DNA from: Fonticula alba ATCC 38817
Lineage: Eukaryota; Protista; Nucleariida
Strand: one strand, 5' to 3'
Length of the DNA: 20,473 nt
Assembly (NCBI GenBank): GCA_000388065.2
Contig: KB932204.1
Shown here: positions 9,222 through 19,688 of the stretch, one piece after another
Layout of the letters: each line of letters starts with the position of its first letter
Numbering within the stretch: position 1 is the stretch's first letter
Made by a program: the position numbers and the translations under genes
Notes under the pieces: generated by a model
Told to the model about the DNA's origin: nothing
The model's database searches: none
What the model saw: the letters and a program-made list of their open reading frames with translations, nothing else

Positions 9222-11503
9222 ATGTCCACCGAGCCCCCCGGCCCCGGGGAGACTGGCGCTCCCCCCCCCGCCGGTCTGCCGTCCGCGGCACCGTCAAACC
9301 CTTCTGCGCCGCCGGCCTCCCCGGCGCCGCCGATCTCCCCGATGTCCCTGGTGTCATCACTGACCTCAGCAGCCCTGGCGAACCAAGCACGCATGTCCTC
9401 TCTGGCCTCCCAGGCCCCGGGAGTGTCCGCGGCCCACCCGATGGCGCCGATGCCCGCGATGGGCCCTGCCCCCACGGCGGTCCCGCTAGTCTCAGTGCCA
9501 TACATGTCCTCGTTGCCGTTGCCACAGCCCCACTTCATGACCACGACTGTTCCTTCCTTTCCGGCCTACCCCTTCGCGGCATTCCCCTTTCCTCCCTACT
9601 CCTTCGCTTCCCCCTACTTCTCGTTGCCCATGTCCCTTCCATCGTCGGAGCATGGTGCAGGCCCCTCGCCAGTCTCAATCCCGGTCTTCCCGCCGGTCTC
9701 AATCCCGGTCTTCCCTCCGGTCTCAATCCCGGTGTCCCCCCCGGTTTCCGAGCAGCTTCCAGTTCCGGCCCCCGCTCCGGTTGCCGAGCAGGTCCCGCTT
9801 CCGGTCTCCTCTCCGGGCTCCGAACTGGTTCCGATCCCGGTCTCGGCCTCGGCCTCGGCCTCGGCCCCAGCATCCACGTCAGACGAGCAGGCGGCGGCGT
9901 TTCCCCCTCTGCCCGGGGATTCGCGTCGAAGCCGGCGACACTTTCTGCCCTCGAAGTTCCTCTCGCCCTCCAGCTCCTCGGATGTGGTGACGGCCACGCG
10001 CTTTTCGGCCATCTGGCGACACAAACGCGGGCGTCTGGCCATGCGCGACCGCCAGATCGAGGAAAATCAAGCTCTGCAGCCCGGGGCCATGACCGAGTTC
10101 CCGTCACGGCGTCTGAACGAATGGAATGGCCGCTTCCCGGAGTCCGGGTCCCTGCTGGCCGACACCCGAGCAGCGTTGTCCTTTTCATTCTCGCTCTGTT
10201 CGTTGCAGGACTATGCCCTGGCGGCCGAGCGTGCAGAGGGCGCGGCATCGACTCCAGCGTCCGCGGCCGCCGCTGCGCCCGGTGACCTGGATGCAGATCA
10301 TGTCTCCCCACCGGCGCTTGCTCAATATTGCCGAGTCTCGCTTTTGCGCGATGCCCGTGTGGCCAAGTACTTTGCGGCTCTGATGTCTGGATGTCCCAGG
10401 CGGCGGCGGACTGCGGCCGCTTGCCTTTCAGCCGACGGTATGTGTCCGCTTGGCTCCTATTTCCCCCCCCCCCCCCCTCTCTTGCTCTTTCTCCTCTTCT
10501 CCCGTAATGGGCTCTCACTGTTCTTACCCCCAGTCTCCCCGTCCTAACTATTTGCCCCTCCCCCCTCCTACTGATCTCTTCTTGTGTGCGCATGCGCGTG
10601 GGCGTGTGCGCATGATGTCCAGACTGGACGCACATTTATCGTTCCCTCCGACAGGTGGCCCGCTCGGTTCTCCCAGGAGCCACCATTGGCCAGGGTCTGT
10701 TGCTGGAATTGGCGCAAGAGCACAACCCGACGGTCGCCTGCTACCAGGTGGCCCTTGGCGGCGGGAGCAACACGGCCAGCGCCAACTGGCCGGCCAAGTC
10801 TACGGCTGAACAGCCAGCCCCCTTCGGCGTATTCTCGCCTCCAACGGGGCGGTTCTTCGCCGAGTTGAGCCTCAACTACACCACCCTCCGGGCCTTGGAC
10901 AACCCGGCGGACTTGCCGCAAGTCCCCATAATACTGGTCTCCCCGACGACGGACTCCTCGCGTGGCCTGTCCCGGCAGGTGACTGCCATGTCGGTTCTGT
11001 CAGACTCGGCCATCGCTCATGCGGCTTCCTTCCGTGATGCGCTGGCCGCCACTTCGGTCTTTCCGATTCTGAGGGAATTTTCCTTTGAACATTTCCAAAC
11101 GGTGGCCCGCAACCCCGGCGATGGTGATGGCGATGGTGATGGCGATGGCGATGGCGGCGGCGCTGACACTGGCCATGGCTCCGGGGGGGTTGGATTGCCC
11201 GGGCCCGAGGCAGACCAAAGTCCAATGGAGCCCTACGCACCGACTTGGGATGACCGGTACTCGGTGTTCACCCCCTTGCCGACCTATTTGCAAACCGGCA
11301 TCAACAACATTCAGTACTCCCGGCGCATGGGGTCGGATATGTTGCCCTTCGGTCGGCGTTTGCGGCTGGAGGACGCCCGACAGACGCTCGGCAATAACCG
11401 CAATGTCTTCCGGTCGCGACTTCGAACCCCGATCAACCCCCTCGGCGTGTCGGCACGTTTCATCGATCCCACCACTTTCCACCACTTTTACGGCTTGCGG
11501 TAG
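9222..11503 (+). CDS. Hypothetical protein with Pro/Ser/Ala-rich N-terminus, 2 exons
   Basis: ATG at 9222, open to a GTATGT donor at 10438 (phase 1). A CAG acceptor at 10620-10622 restores frame into the 10655-11503 ORF (ADD-WTHIYRSLRQVARSVLPG). The long open frames and GC3-rich codons support coding; I recognise no family motif. Confidence 0.6.
9669..9740 (+). repeat. 24-nt coding tandem repeat x3 (PVSIPVFP)
   Basis: CCAGTCTCAATCCCGGTCTTCCCG / CCGGTCTCAATCCCGGTCTTCCCT / CCGGTCTCAATCCCGGTGTCCCCC. Confidence 0.9.
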
Positions 11504-11554
11504 GCCACCCAGAAATGCACATACCCACCCAGATGCATGTGTCCAGGGAGAAGG

Positions 11555-11674
11555 GGCGAGAGAGAGAAAGAGAAAGCAAGAGAGAGTGAGGGCGGGGGAG
11601 AGAGAGAGCGAGAGAGAGAGAGAGNNNNNNNNNNNNNNNNNNNNNNNNNNNNNNNNNNNNNNNNNNNNNNNNNN

Positions 11675-11707
<33 letters not shown>
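11555..11707. repeat. Interrupted (GA)n microsatellite spanning a 50-N gap
   Basis: GA repeats on both sides of gap 11625-11674, between two convergent 3' ends. Confidence 0.9.
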
Positions 11708-11803
11708 CCAGGGCCAGGTAGAGGGCGGGCGGGCCGGGGAGTGACGCGCATGTGGGGCCTGGAAAAAGCTGGATGGACAAGAGCAAGGCCAGGGCGGTCT
11801 CTA

Positions 11804-11809
11804 TTTATT
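11804..11809 (-). terminator. Putative polyadenylation signal AATAAA just after the COG8 stop
   Basis: Plus-strand tttatt = minus-strand AATAAA, starting 7 nt after the TGA at 11816. The very short spacing makes it uncertain. Confidence 0.4.
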
Positions 11810-11815
11810 GCGGCC

Positions 11816-14800
11816 TCAGGGCCCCGGGGCCAGGAGGATGGCCTCGGCCTCGGCGAACATGGCTCGCAGGTCGTCGGCGACCTTGAGGACCAGGCTGGGA
11901 GCCCTGGCACTGGCGGCGAGGCCCGATCCGCTGAGCAGCAGATCCACAAAGCTCCCTGGGTCCAAGGGAAGATCCCCTGCGTTGGCCGTGGCGGCCGGGG
12001 TGATGTCCGAATCATCGCCTGGGGGCCGCTCGGCCGGTACGGCCAGGAGGCCGTACGTTTGCAGGGTGGCCAGCACCACGAAGGGGACCAAGTGATTCCA
12101 GAAGGCCCCAACCAGGCCCGTCCATCGAGTTCGCAGGGACAGGACGAGCGACGTGCCGACCAGCGGAAGGGCATCGGCCGTATGAGAGGGCTTCGATTGC
12201 GGCAGCCCGGGCGACGGATGCGAGCTGCTCGGGGCGGTGTCCCCGGTGCCGGCAAGCGTGGGATCGGGCCCCGTGCCAGCGAGCCCGGCATCGGTGCTGG
12301 CGCTCGGGTGCAGGGTGTCCGAGGAGGAGGCCCCAGGAGAGGAGGTGGCGGAGGAGGCCGCGGGCCGTGAGCCGCGCGTGATATGCGCCATGTCGCTGTC
12401 ACCCACGGCCACGGGCGCGGCTGTCACCAGCAGGGCCAAACACCGACGGAGCATGGCCCAATATGCATCTAGGATCCCCCGGGTGTTGGGTCCGATCATG
12501 GCCCAGGGGTAGGAGCTGTGATGTGGCGGGGGCGGGGGGAGTATTTTTTGAATGTTTTTTTTTTTTCACCCATTTGTTGTGTGAGGACTCCTGACAGGAT
12601 GGGGCAGATACGATGGCCGAGAAAATGGAAAAAGGCGCCACTGTGCGGGCGCAGTGTGCTGGACGGGCGTGTGTGTGTGTGTGTGGGGGGGGGGGGCAAA
12701 GAAAAAGACCCAGGGGCGTACCGGTGCTCGTTCAGGCAGGTGACAATCGAATTGACCAACATCCCCATTGGCGGCAGGGACACCAGGAAGCCCGGTGGGC
12801 GGAGCCGGGTAGCCGGCCCGGCCCGGGCAGCCACGAAGGCCGACGGCTCGGCCAAAAGTTGTTGCATCTCCGCCGCCGGAAGCGGGTGCAGGAGAAGCCC
12901 TCGATTGGAGGTCTGTACCGCGGTGTCAAATGCCGCGACAATGCGCGACAGCATGAGATCCGCCGACGCGGCAAATGCCACATGGAAGGGCCCAGTGAGC
13001 ATGACTGAGACCGGGGAAAAGCGTCGGGCGGGCGGGCGGCCAGGCGGGCAGGTGAGTAGGTGAGCGAGGTGGGCTTGCTGGGGGAGGATAGCTGGGCGAA
13101 AGAAAATAAAAAGGGCCAGGCACATCCGACGTACAGCGCGAGTCGAAACCGAGACGCTGGCCAGCATAGCAGCCCAGCTCGGTGGTCTGGTGGAAGAGCG
13201 AACTCAATGTCGACCCCGACAGGGTGGTGTTGGAGATGTAACTGGGGGGGGGGGGGGGCGGGGGGAAGGCACAAAGGCGATGTGAGTGGCTTCGGGAGCA
13301 GGGGGCAGACCACCATGGGGCGAGGGTACGACGGACCTGGACAACATGTTTGCCAGCTCATCAAAGACATTGGCTGTCCAGGTGGACAGGACCGACTGGT
13401 TGGCCAATTGCTGAATTCAGAGTCAACGGTCAGTACAGGCGACAGGCATGCCTCGAGGGGCGGCCCGTGGGCGCGGTCGTTTCCATGCGCCAGGGCGAAG
13501 GAGAGACCGAGAGAGAGAGAGAGAGAGGACACGAGCGAGGGGTGGGAGGAATGGGACAGGAGGGATGGGGCATCCAGCGGGCAAGGGCGCACCTTCGACA
13601 GAGTCAGACCGGTGGGCGGCCCGTCCTCTGTCTTGGTCGGGTGATCCTCCTCGTGGAAGAAGACAGCCGAGTATTGGGAGGTGACGGTTTGAAGCATTTC
13701 ACGGAAGACCTCGAAGATCTTCTTGATCTATGGCCAGTGGTCAGGGATGGACGAGGTGGGACACGGGAAGCGAGCCGCCGGGGGGCACAGGCGCCACCAG
13801 GAAAGGCAAGAGTCAGACGGCCGTATTGGCCAGCCGCAAGCGTCCGACAGGGGATCCAGTGTGCATACCGTCTCGGTTTGGTCCTGACGAAGGTGTGCCC
13901 GCAGGGAGGCCGAAATGGACAGGCGCCCGAGTATCTCGATGAAAGCCGACGACCGGGCCCGCAGGAAGGCCAGGCGCAGCGAGGCCCCGGCGGCCGGCAG
14001 GCCCAGGCCGCGGAGGATTTCCACCGACCGGATGGAGGAGGTCAACTGCGCGGCCGAAGCCACGCTGGCCAAGTGGCCCAGAGGCGAGATGCCGGGCCAA
14101 GGTGCATCGGTCCCGGCCACTCGACCGGCGCCAGGTCCGGCGCTTGGCTGGTCCATCGATGTGTAGGCCAGCCGCAGGAGTGACGCGTAGATGTCCTCCG
14201 GATCGGGGGCCGGGGCTGGCGCGCCGGACGCCGAGGCGCCCGGGCGCGCGGGCAGGTGCGTGGCACAATGGCACGGCCACTCGGATGCCGGAACCAGGTC
14301 AAACCCTGCGCCGATGGTCCGGACATTCAGGTTGGCTGGCAGGGCCAGTCGGAAGATGGCCGATGGGCAGCGTGCATGCCCGAGAAGGCACGCATCGGCC
14401 GAGGGCGGGAGATCGCCACCGCCGTGGCCGGTGGCGGCGGCCACCGTCACAGGCGTCCCAGCCGACCGGTAGTATTCGGGCAGCCGAACAAGCCCGGGCA
14501 TGCGCGACGAATCCAGGCGCCGGAGGACATCGAGCGCAAGGAGGGCCGCCTCATTGGCGGTCTCCGCATGCTATCGCCCAGAGCACATGCAGCGTGAGTC
14601 CATCATGTGGCCCGGGGGTGGCCCGGGAAGGGAGAGGAGGGGCGAGCTAAAGGAAAAGGGGAACAAGAGGCAAGCTGGCTGATGGCGACGCACAGTCCGC
14701 TGTGCCAGTGCACTGGCGGGGAACCGCTCGGCCAGCTGGGCCGCTGTGCGAATGGCCCGAAGGGCCGCATCGTCCAGCTCGTAAATCCTGTGCTGAACGT

Positions 14801-15991
14801 CGGACACCGGAGTCCGAGTGAGGGTGTCGGCCGCGAAGTCCAGCGGCTGTGGCCCGCCCGCGGAAAAGAGCGAAAGCTTAGCCAGACGCCCGGACTCGGT
14901 GCGGGCCTGGCGAACCAGTTCCGGGAGTAGGCGAACGCTCTCCGGCAGGGCAAACTGATCGGCGTCGGCGCTGTGCATCAAGAGGCACGGAGGGAGGGAG
15001 GGGGGNNNNNNNNNNNNNNNNNNNNNNNAAAGTGCGCGCCAGGGGAGGAGGATGCTTTGGGGCGAAAATGGACGTGAAAGATGGGGGCACGAAAAGAAAA
15101 AAAAAAAGAAGGGCACTTGGGGGAAATCCAGCCCAACGCACCTGGACTGTCGGGTGGCCAGGCGCAAACTGTCCTGCTGATCACTGGCCATCCGGAGAAG
15201 TTGGCCCATCCGAGCCAGGTAGGACTGCCGATCGCCGGCCGACCGGGCGAAATCGTGAATCGTCTGCTGGACTCCGAGCATCTCCCGGCGAATGCCGTCA
15301 TACGCTGAAGCTGCATTGACGAGATTTTGCAGCGGCCCAGGCGCATCGGCGGGCGAAGGCCCAGGGCCGGGGCTGCCGGCTACCGGGGGCCCGGACGCTG
15401 GTTGCCCCATCGGCTCGGCCAGGAGGGCTACCAGGCGTTGCTCCACATGTGACGCCTCCTCGCTGCGCGCGAGTGCTTCGGCTCGGAGGTGGTCCAGATT
15501 CCGTGACAAAATTTGCCGCATATACTGCGGGCAGGGTTGATGCCGGGAAGAATCGAAGGAAAGGAGCGCGCGGAGGGGGAGAGCGGGAGGGACTGTTAGC
15601 CTGTCTTCGCGCGAGGGCGAGGGCGCCAGACGAGTGTCCTCCGAGCAGGAGGGATGGGCATGAGGAGAAAAAGAAGGAGAGAGAAGGAGTGGGCGAGCGA
15701 AAGCACCTGGAGATCATTGTCAGAGAGGTCGTGGGGCCGGGCGAGGTCGCGAGAGCCGGCTGTGCTGGCTGTGGCGGCGTCCCCTTCCAGCAGTCGGTCC
15801 AGGAGCAGAACATTGGCCTCGGGCCGGTCCACCGGGTGCCCCTCGCCCGGGATCAGCCACTCGCCGGAGAGGATGGACTGAAGGAGATCGCGTGTGCTGG
15901 GCCCGCTGACTGGACTCAGGGGCGATGGGCCATCTGGCCCGGTGGGCACGCAATCCACGAAGTGCGCATCCAACTCGGGGTCCTGTGGCAT
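11816..15991 (-). CDS. COG8: Conserved oligomeric Golgi complex subunit 8 (Dor1 family), 9 exons, 981 aa
   Basis: Exons 15991-15707, 15524-15142, 14970-14694, 14570-13869, 13727-13593, 13410-13337, 13241-13135, 13004-12722, 12515-11816 total 2946 nt, frame-consistent. Motifs are colinear with COG8 as I recall it: EAALLALDVLRRL; QLTSSIRSVEILRGL..LRLAFLRAR (cf. QLPACLRVIGYLRRM..LRVKFLQAR); IKKIFEVFREMLQTVTSQYSAVF (cf. LFDIITQYRAIF); QRLGFDSR (cf. RVGADFR); LRPPGFLVSLPPMGMLVNSIVTCLNEHR (cf. LQPPMVLLDFPPLACFLNNILVAFNDLR). The start codon is uncertain. Confidence 0.85.
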
Positions 15992-16202
15992 GCTGGGCAG
16001 GGTGGCGGAGGGGGAGAAGTGGCGGAATGGGCGAACGGCCCTGTGACAAGAGGTGTGGCGAGGGACAAAGAGGCGTGGGTGCGTGGGTGCGTGGGTGCGT
16101 GTGACTGCGCGTGGCTGTGTGTTTGCCTGTGCTTTGTGTTTGGGTGAATATGTTGTGCACACGCGCAGCGGGGACGGGACAAGAGCAGGCAAGCAGAAGG
16201 GT

Positions 16203-16244
16203 GAGGAGGAGGAGGAGGAGGAGGAGGAGGAGAAGGAGGAGGAG
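16203..16244. repeat. (GAG)10-AAG-(GAG)3 trinucleotide repeat
   Basis: Seen directly, upstream of COG8. Confidence 0.95.
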
Positions 16245-16375
16245 AGGGATTGTTGCCTCGGGCCAGGCGTCGGCTGGCGCAGTTCCGCCAGCACCTTAAA
16301 GTTGTGGAGGAGGGATCGCTCCGGGTTGGGCCGAACAAAGCCCCCCCCCCCCACCACCTTATGCACCAGATACAT

Positions 16376-17441
16376 GGCGTCTCAGCCAAAGAGAACTAGC
16401 GTCGTATCGACTTGTCGCGGTCCTTCCCTCGGTTGTCTTGGGTGGGGGGGGGGGGGGGGCCGGCCGCCAAGATCGCGGATGTGACAGGCCGCCCCGAGCT
16501 TGGCCCGTATGATCACGCTTACTATAGCATTCCCATGCTGGTATATAGGACTGCGGGCTATCACATAGTTAGCTCCCGGGTCTGGCTTGGAGTGCAGGTG
16601 TCGCCGGATGGCCTGGAAGGGTCCGTGGGTAACTCTTCCTGACCGGTGAGGGCGGGAGGGGGCTTTGGCCTCACGCCCCGAGGGGGTGCATCAATTGGCA
16701 TTATCCCCAAGCCCGGGTCTGTTTACGGACAAGGCGCGTATCGGGGGCGGGGGGGGGGGGGGGGGGGGGGGAGCGGTGAACTTCCGCCCGTTCAACTTCC
16801 GGCGTTCTGGCCACCCTGAACGGGGCCCCTGTGTGTCTGGGGGTCGGTGGTTTTGGACTGGTGCTTCCCGCCAAAATGGCGACTGTGTGCGGCCAGCTCT
16901 CCGAGCATGTGTGTGTGTGTGTGCGTGTGTGCGTGTGTATGTATTTGTGGGCGAGAGAGGCGGGGGGGGNNNNNNNNNNNNNNNNNNNNNNNNNNNNNNN
17001 NNNNNNNNNNNNNNNNNNNNNNNNNNNNNCCGGGCCATTTTAATTGTCGGCCCTGCCCCCCCCCCCCCCCACCCCCCTCGCGCCAGCCTTGCCACCCCCG
17101 CCGAACAAATGGCGGAGGGCGGGTGGGGGGGGGGGGGGCGTGTATCGACGCCTTGTCAGAACCTGCCTTGGTCAGGGATGGAGGGGGGGCTTTTTCTCGC
17201 TGCCCCGCCCTGGTCATGGCCTCGGGCCGACCACGCCTCCTCCCCTCTCCCCCCCTTGGTTGTTGCATGTCCCGGCTTGCTGGTCCCCATCCCTGCCCCA
17301 GCTTCCCTCCGCCTTCCACGCGCCCACACGTGCACCCACACATACACCCACTCCCACCTCTCCCCGTTCCTGTCCTCGCCCTCGCCCTCGCCCTCGCCCT
17401 CGTCTTCCCCAAGAGACAGGAGAAGAGAGAGCATACGCGCG
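16376..17441. promoter_or_regulatory. Probable divergent promoter region between COG8 (-) and the zinc transporter (+)
   Basis: Head-to-head gene arrangement. Contains TATATA near 16542, ACTTCCG twice (16780, 16795) and TTCCCGCCAAAATGGCG (16865-16881). Confidence 0.45.
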
Positions 17442-19030
17442 ATGCTGCCTTACGATCCGAAATCGGCCGGGACTGACACCTCTGCCTCGTGTGCGTTCAT
17501 GCTCCTGCCCGGTGCCTGTCAGCTGCATTCATCTCCCGGCATGCCCTCTCTGACATCCTGGCCCTGACACTCCCCCCTCTCTTTTGCCCCCTGGCACCCC
17601 CGCCTCTCCGCCATTGCTTCCCATGACAGCAGCGGGCTCCTCCATGTCGGCTGCATCGACTTTGCACCGAATGCCGGGCAGCGGGCACTTCCCCAACACT
17701 CCGGGCCCCGGGACAGTGTCAGCTGCCGGGATGACCACCCCCGGCCTCGGGGCTTCCTTCGGGATCCCGCTGTCCAGCGGTCCTGGCTCGGGGTTCCCCT
17801 CGGCGACCGGCACTCCGGCCTCGCTGGGGTCCGGTTTCGCTCCCTCGCCCGCGACCGGGCACTTTCACCCCGGGCAAACGCCGATGGGCGGCCCGGCCCA
17901 GCCTGGGGCCTTCACTCCAGGCCCCGCTGGGGCTTCGCCCTTCCATGGGCTGCCGCTGGGTGGTGGTAGTATTGGTGGTGGTGGTGGCGGCGGCGGCGGC
18001 GGCAGCGGTGGCGGGCACGACTCGCATGGGCACAGCCACGGCGGCCACGGCCACAGCCATGGCGGCCACGGCCACAGCCACGGCGGCCACGGGCACCACG
18101 ACATGCATTCGCCGCCCGGACACTACCCCGAGGCTGGGGCCCTCTTCGGGAGCGCTCCGCCGCCTCGAGGCAAGACCGTGAATGTCCTGTACCCGGAGTC
18201 CTCCCGGGGGTTGGCCCAGAGGGCCATGTACCAAGCGCGAGTCTTCCTGCGGTCCATCCTCTCGGATCGCCGCACGCGCAACGTTTTCTTCTTCCTCCTG
18301 CTGAACCTGTCTTTCATGGTGGTGGAAATCCTGTACGGCATTTGGTCCAACAGCCTGGGCCTCATTGGAGATGGCTTGCACATGCTCTTCGACTCGTCGG
18401 CCCTCATTGGCAGTCTGATTGCCAGTGTCATTGCCAAGTGGCCGGTCAATGACCGCCTGACCTATGGATATGGCCGTGTGGAGACCCTGTGCGGCTTCGT
18501 CAATGCCCTGCTGCTGACCTATGCCTCGGGAAATATCCTCTTTGAGGCCATCGGCCGGCTCATCTCCCCGGAGGTGGTGGATACGGAGCGTCTGCTGACT
18601 GTGGCCGTTCTCGGGCTCATTGTCAACCTGGTGGGCATCTTTGCCTTCGAGCATGGTGGCCATGGACACTCGCATGGTGGTGGTGGCGGTGGCCACGGGC
18701 ACTCGCACGGCGGCCATGGGCACTCGCACGGCGGCCACGATGAGTGCGTCGTTGGGGGGCCTCTTTGTTTCCATTCCACCCTTCCTTTCTTTTTCTTCCC
18801 TCGCTCTGCCCCGGTCCCTCTTCCCCCCTGCCTCCACTTTCCCTGCTTTCTGACATCCACCCTGCCATGTGTGTTGATGCCACCTCTGTGCAGCCCCCAC
18901 TCCAACCCCCTGCTCCAGGGCATGTTCCTGCACATCTTGGCAGACACCCTCGGCTCGGTCGGTGCGTTGCTCGGATGTCCATCCCTGCCCCCCCCCCGCC
19001 TCTCCCCTCTCCCCCCACCCCCCACCCCCG

Positions 19031-19068
<38 letters not shown>

Positions 19069-19688
19069 CCCGCCCCGCCCTCCGCACGTGGGTGTCATCT
19101 AGCACTGACTTGGCCTCGGGGCTCCCTGCTCCTTCGACTTCCTCCGAATGCATCCCACGCACAGGTGTCATCGCCTCGGCCATCCTCATCAAGCTTTTCG
19201 ACTGGCAGATGGCCGATCCGATCTGCTCGATCTTCATTTCGGTGATGATTTTCGTCACGGTGGTTCCACTGCTGAAGTCCTCGGCCGCGGTGCTGATGCA
19301 GTCCACACCCGAGCTCCCTGGCGGTGCCACCAGCAAGACCGTGGCCGCGGCCCTGCGTGCCATCCCCGGGGTTGACAGTGTCGAGAGCCTGCACATCTGG
19401 GAACTCGCATCGCATGTGACCGTGGCCACGACCTCCCTGCGCCTGACTGGTGGGGAGAGTTCGGAGCGCGTGCGCCTCGATGCGGTGGAGGTCCTCCGTC
19501 GGCAGGCCGGCGCCAAGAAGACCACCGTAGAGCTGGTTACTGGCGGCGGGCTGGTGGCCGGGACGGAGCACGGCAGCCACTCGCACTCGCACTCGCACTC
19601 GCACCAGGTTGACCCGCATCAGGCCGGCACTCGGGGCTCCGCGCCGGCCTATAACTTTGTGGCCCTGCCCATGTCATCGCACCAGTAG
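17442..19688 (+). CDS. SLC30A7: Cation diffusion facilitator zinc transporter, ZnT7/SLC30A7-like, 4 exons, 584 aa
   Basis: Exons 17442-17490, 17630-18743, 18894-18961, 19165-19688 total 1755 nt, frame-consistent. RSILSDRRTRNVFFFLLLNLSFMVVEILYGIWSNSLGLIGDGLHMLFDS matches ZnT7. The TM2 HxxxD (HMLFD) and TM5 HxxxD (HILAD) Zn site is intact, with a His-rich TM4-5 loop and ADPICSI. The first exon is less certain. Confidence 0.92.
18031..18093 (+). repeat. 21-nt coding tandem repeat x3 (HSHGGHG)
   Basis: CACAGCCACGGCGGCCACGGC unit repeated three times in the N-terminal region of the transporter. Confidence 0.9.
19031..19067. repeat. C37 homopolymer in the last intron of the zinc transporter
   Basis: Seen directly; homopolymer length may be imprecise in the assembly. 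Confidence 0.9.

Noticed and set aside
9669-9740. Tandem repeats as a possible CRISPR-like array
   Set aside because: No spacers; unit lengths are multiples of 3 and lie in coding frames of a eukaryotic gene.
7674-10547. 957-aa and other long ORFs crossing N runs
   Set aside because: Artefacts of N translated as X; they join DIS3 antisense sequence to the orphan gene.
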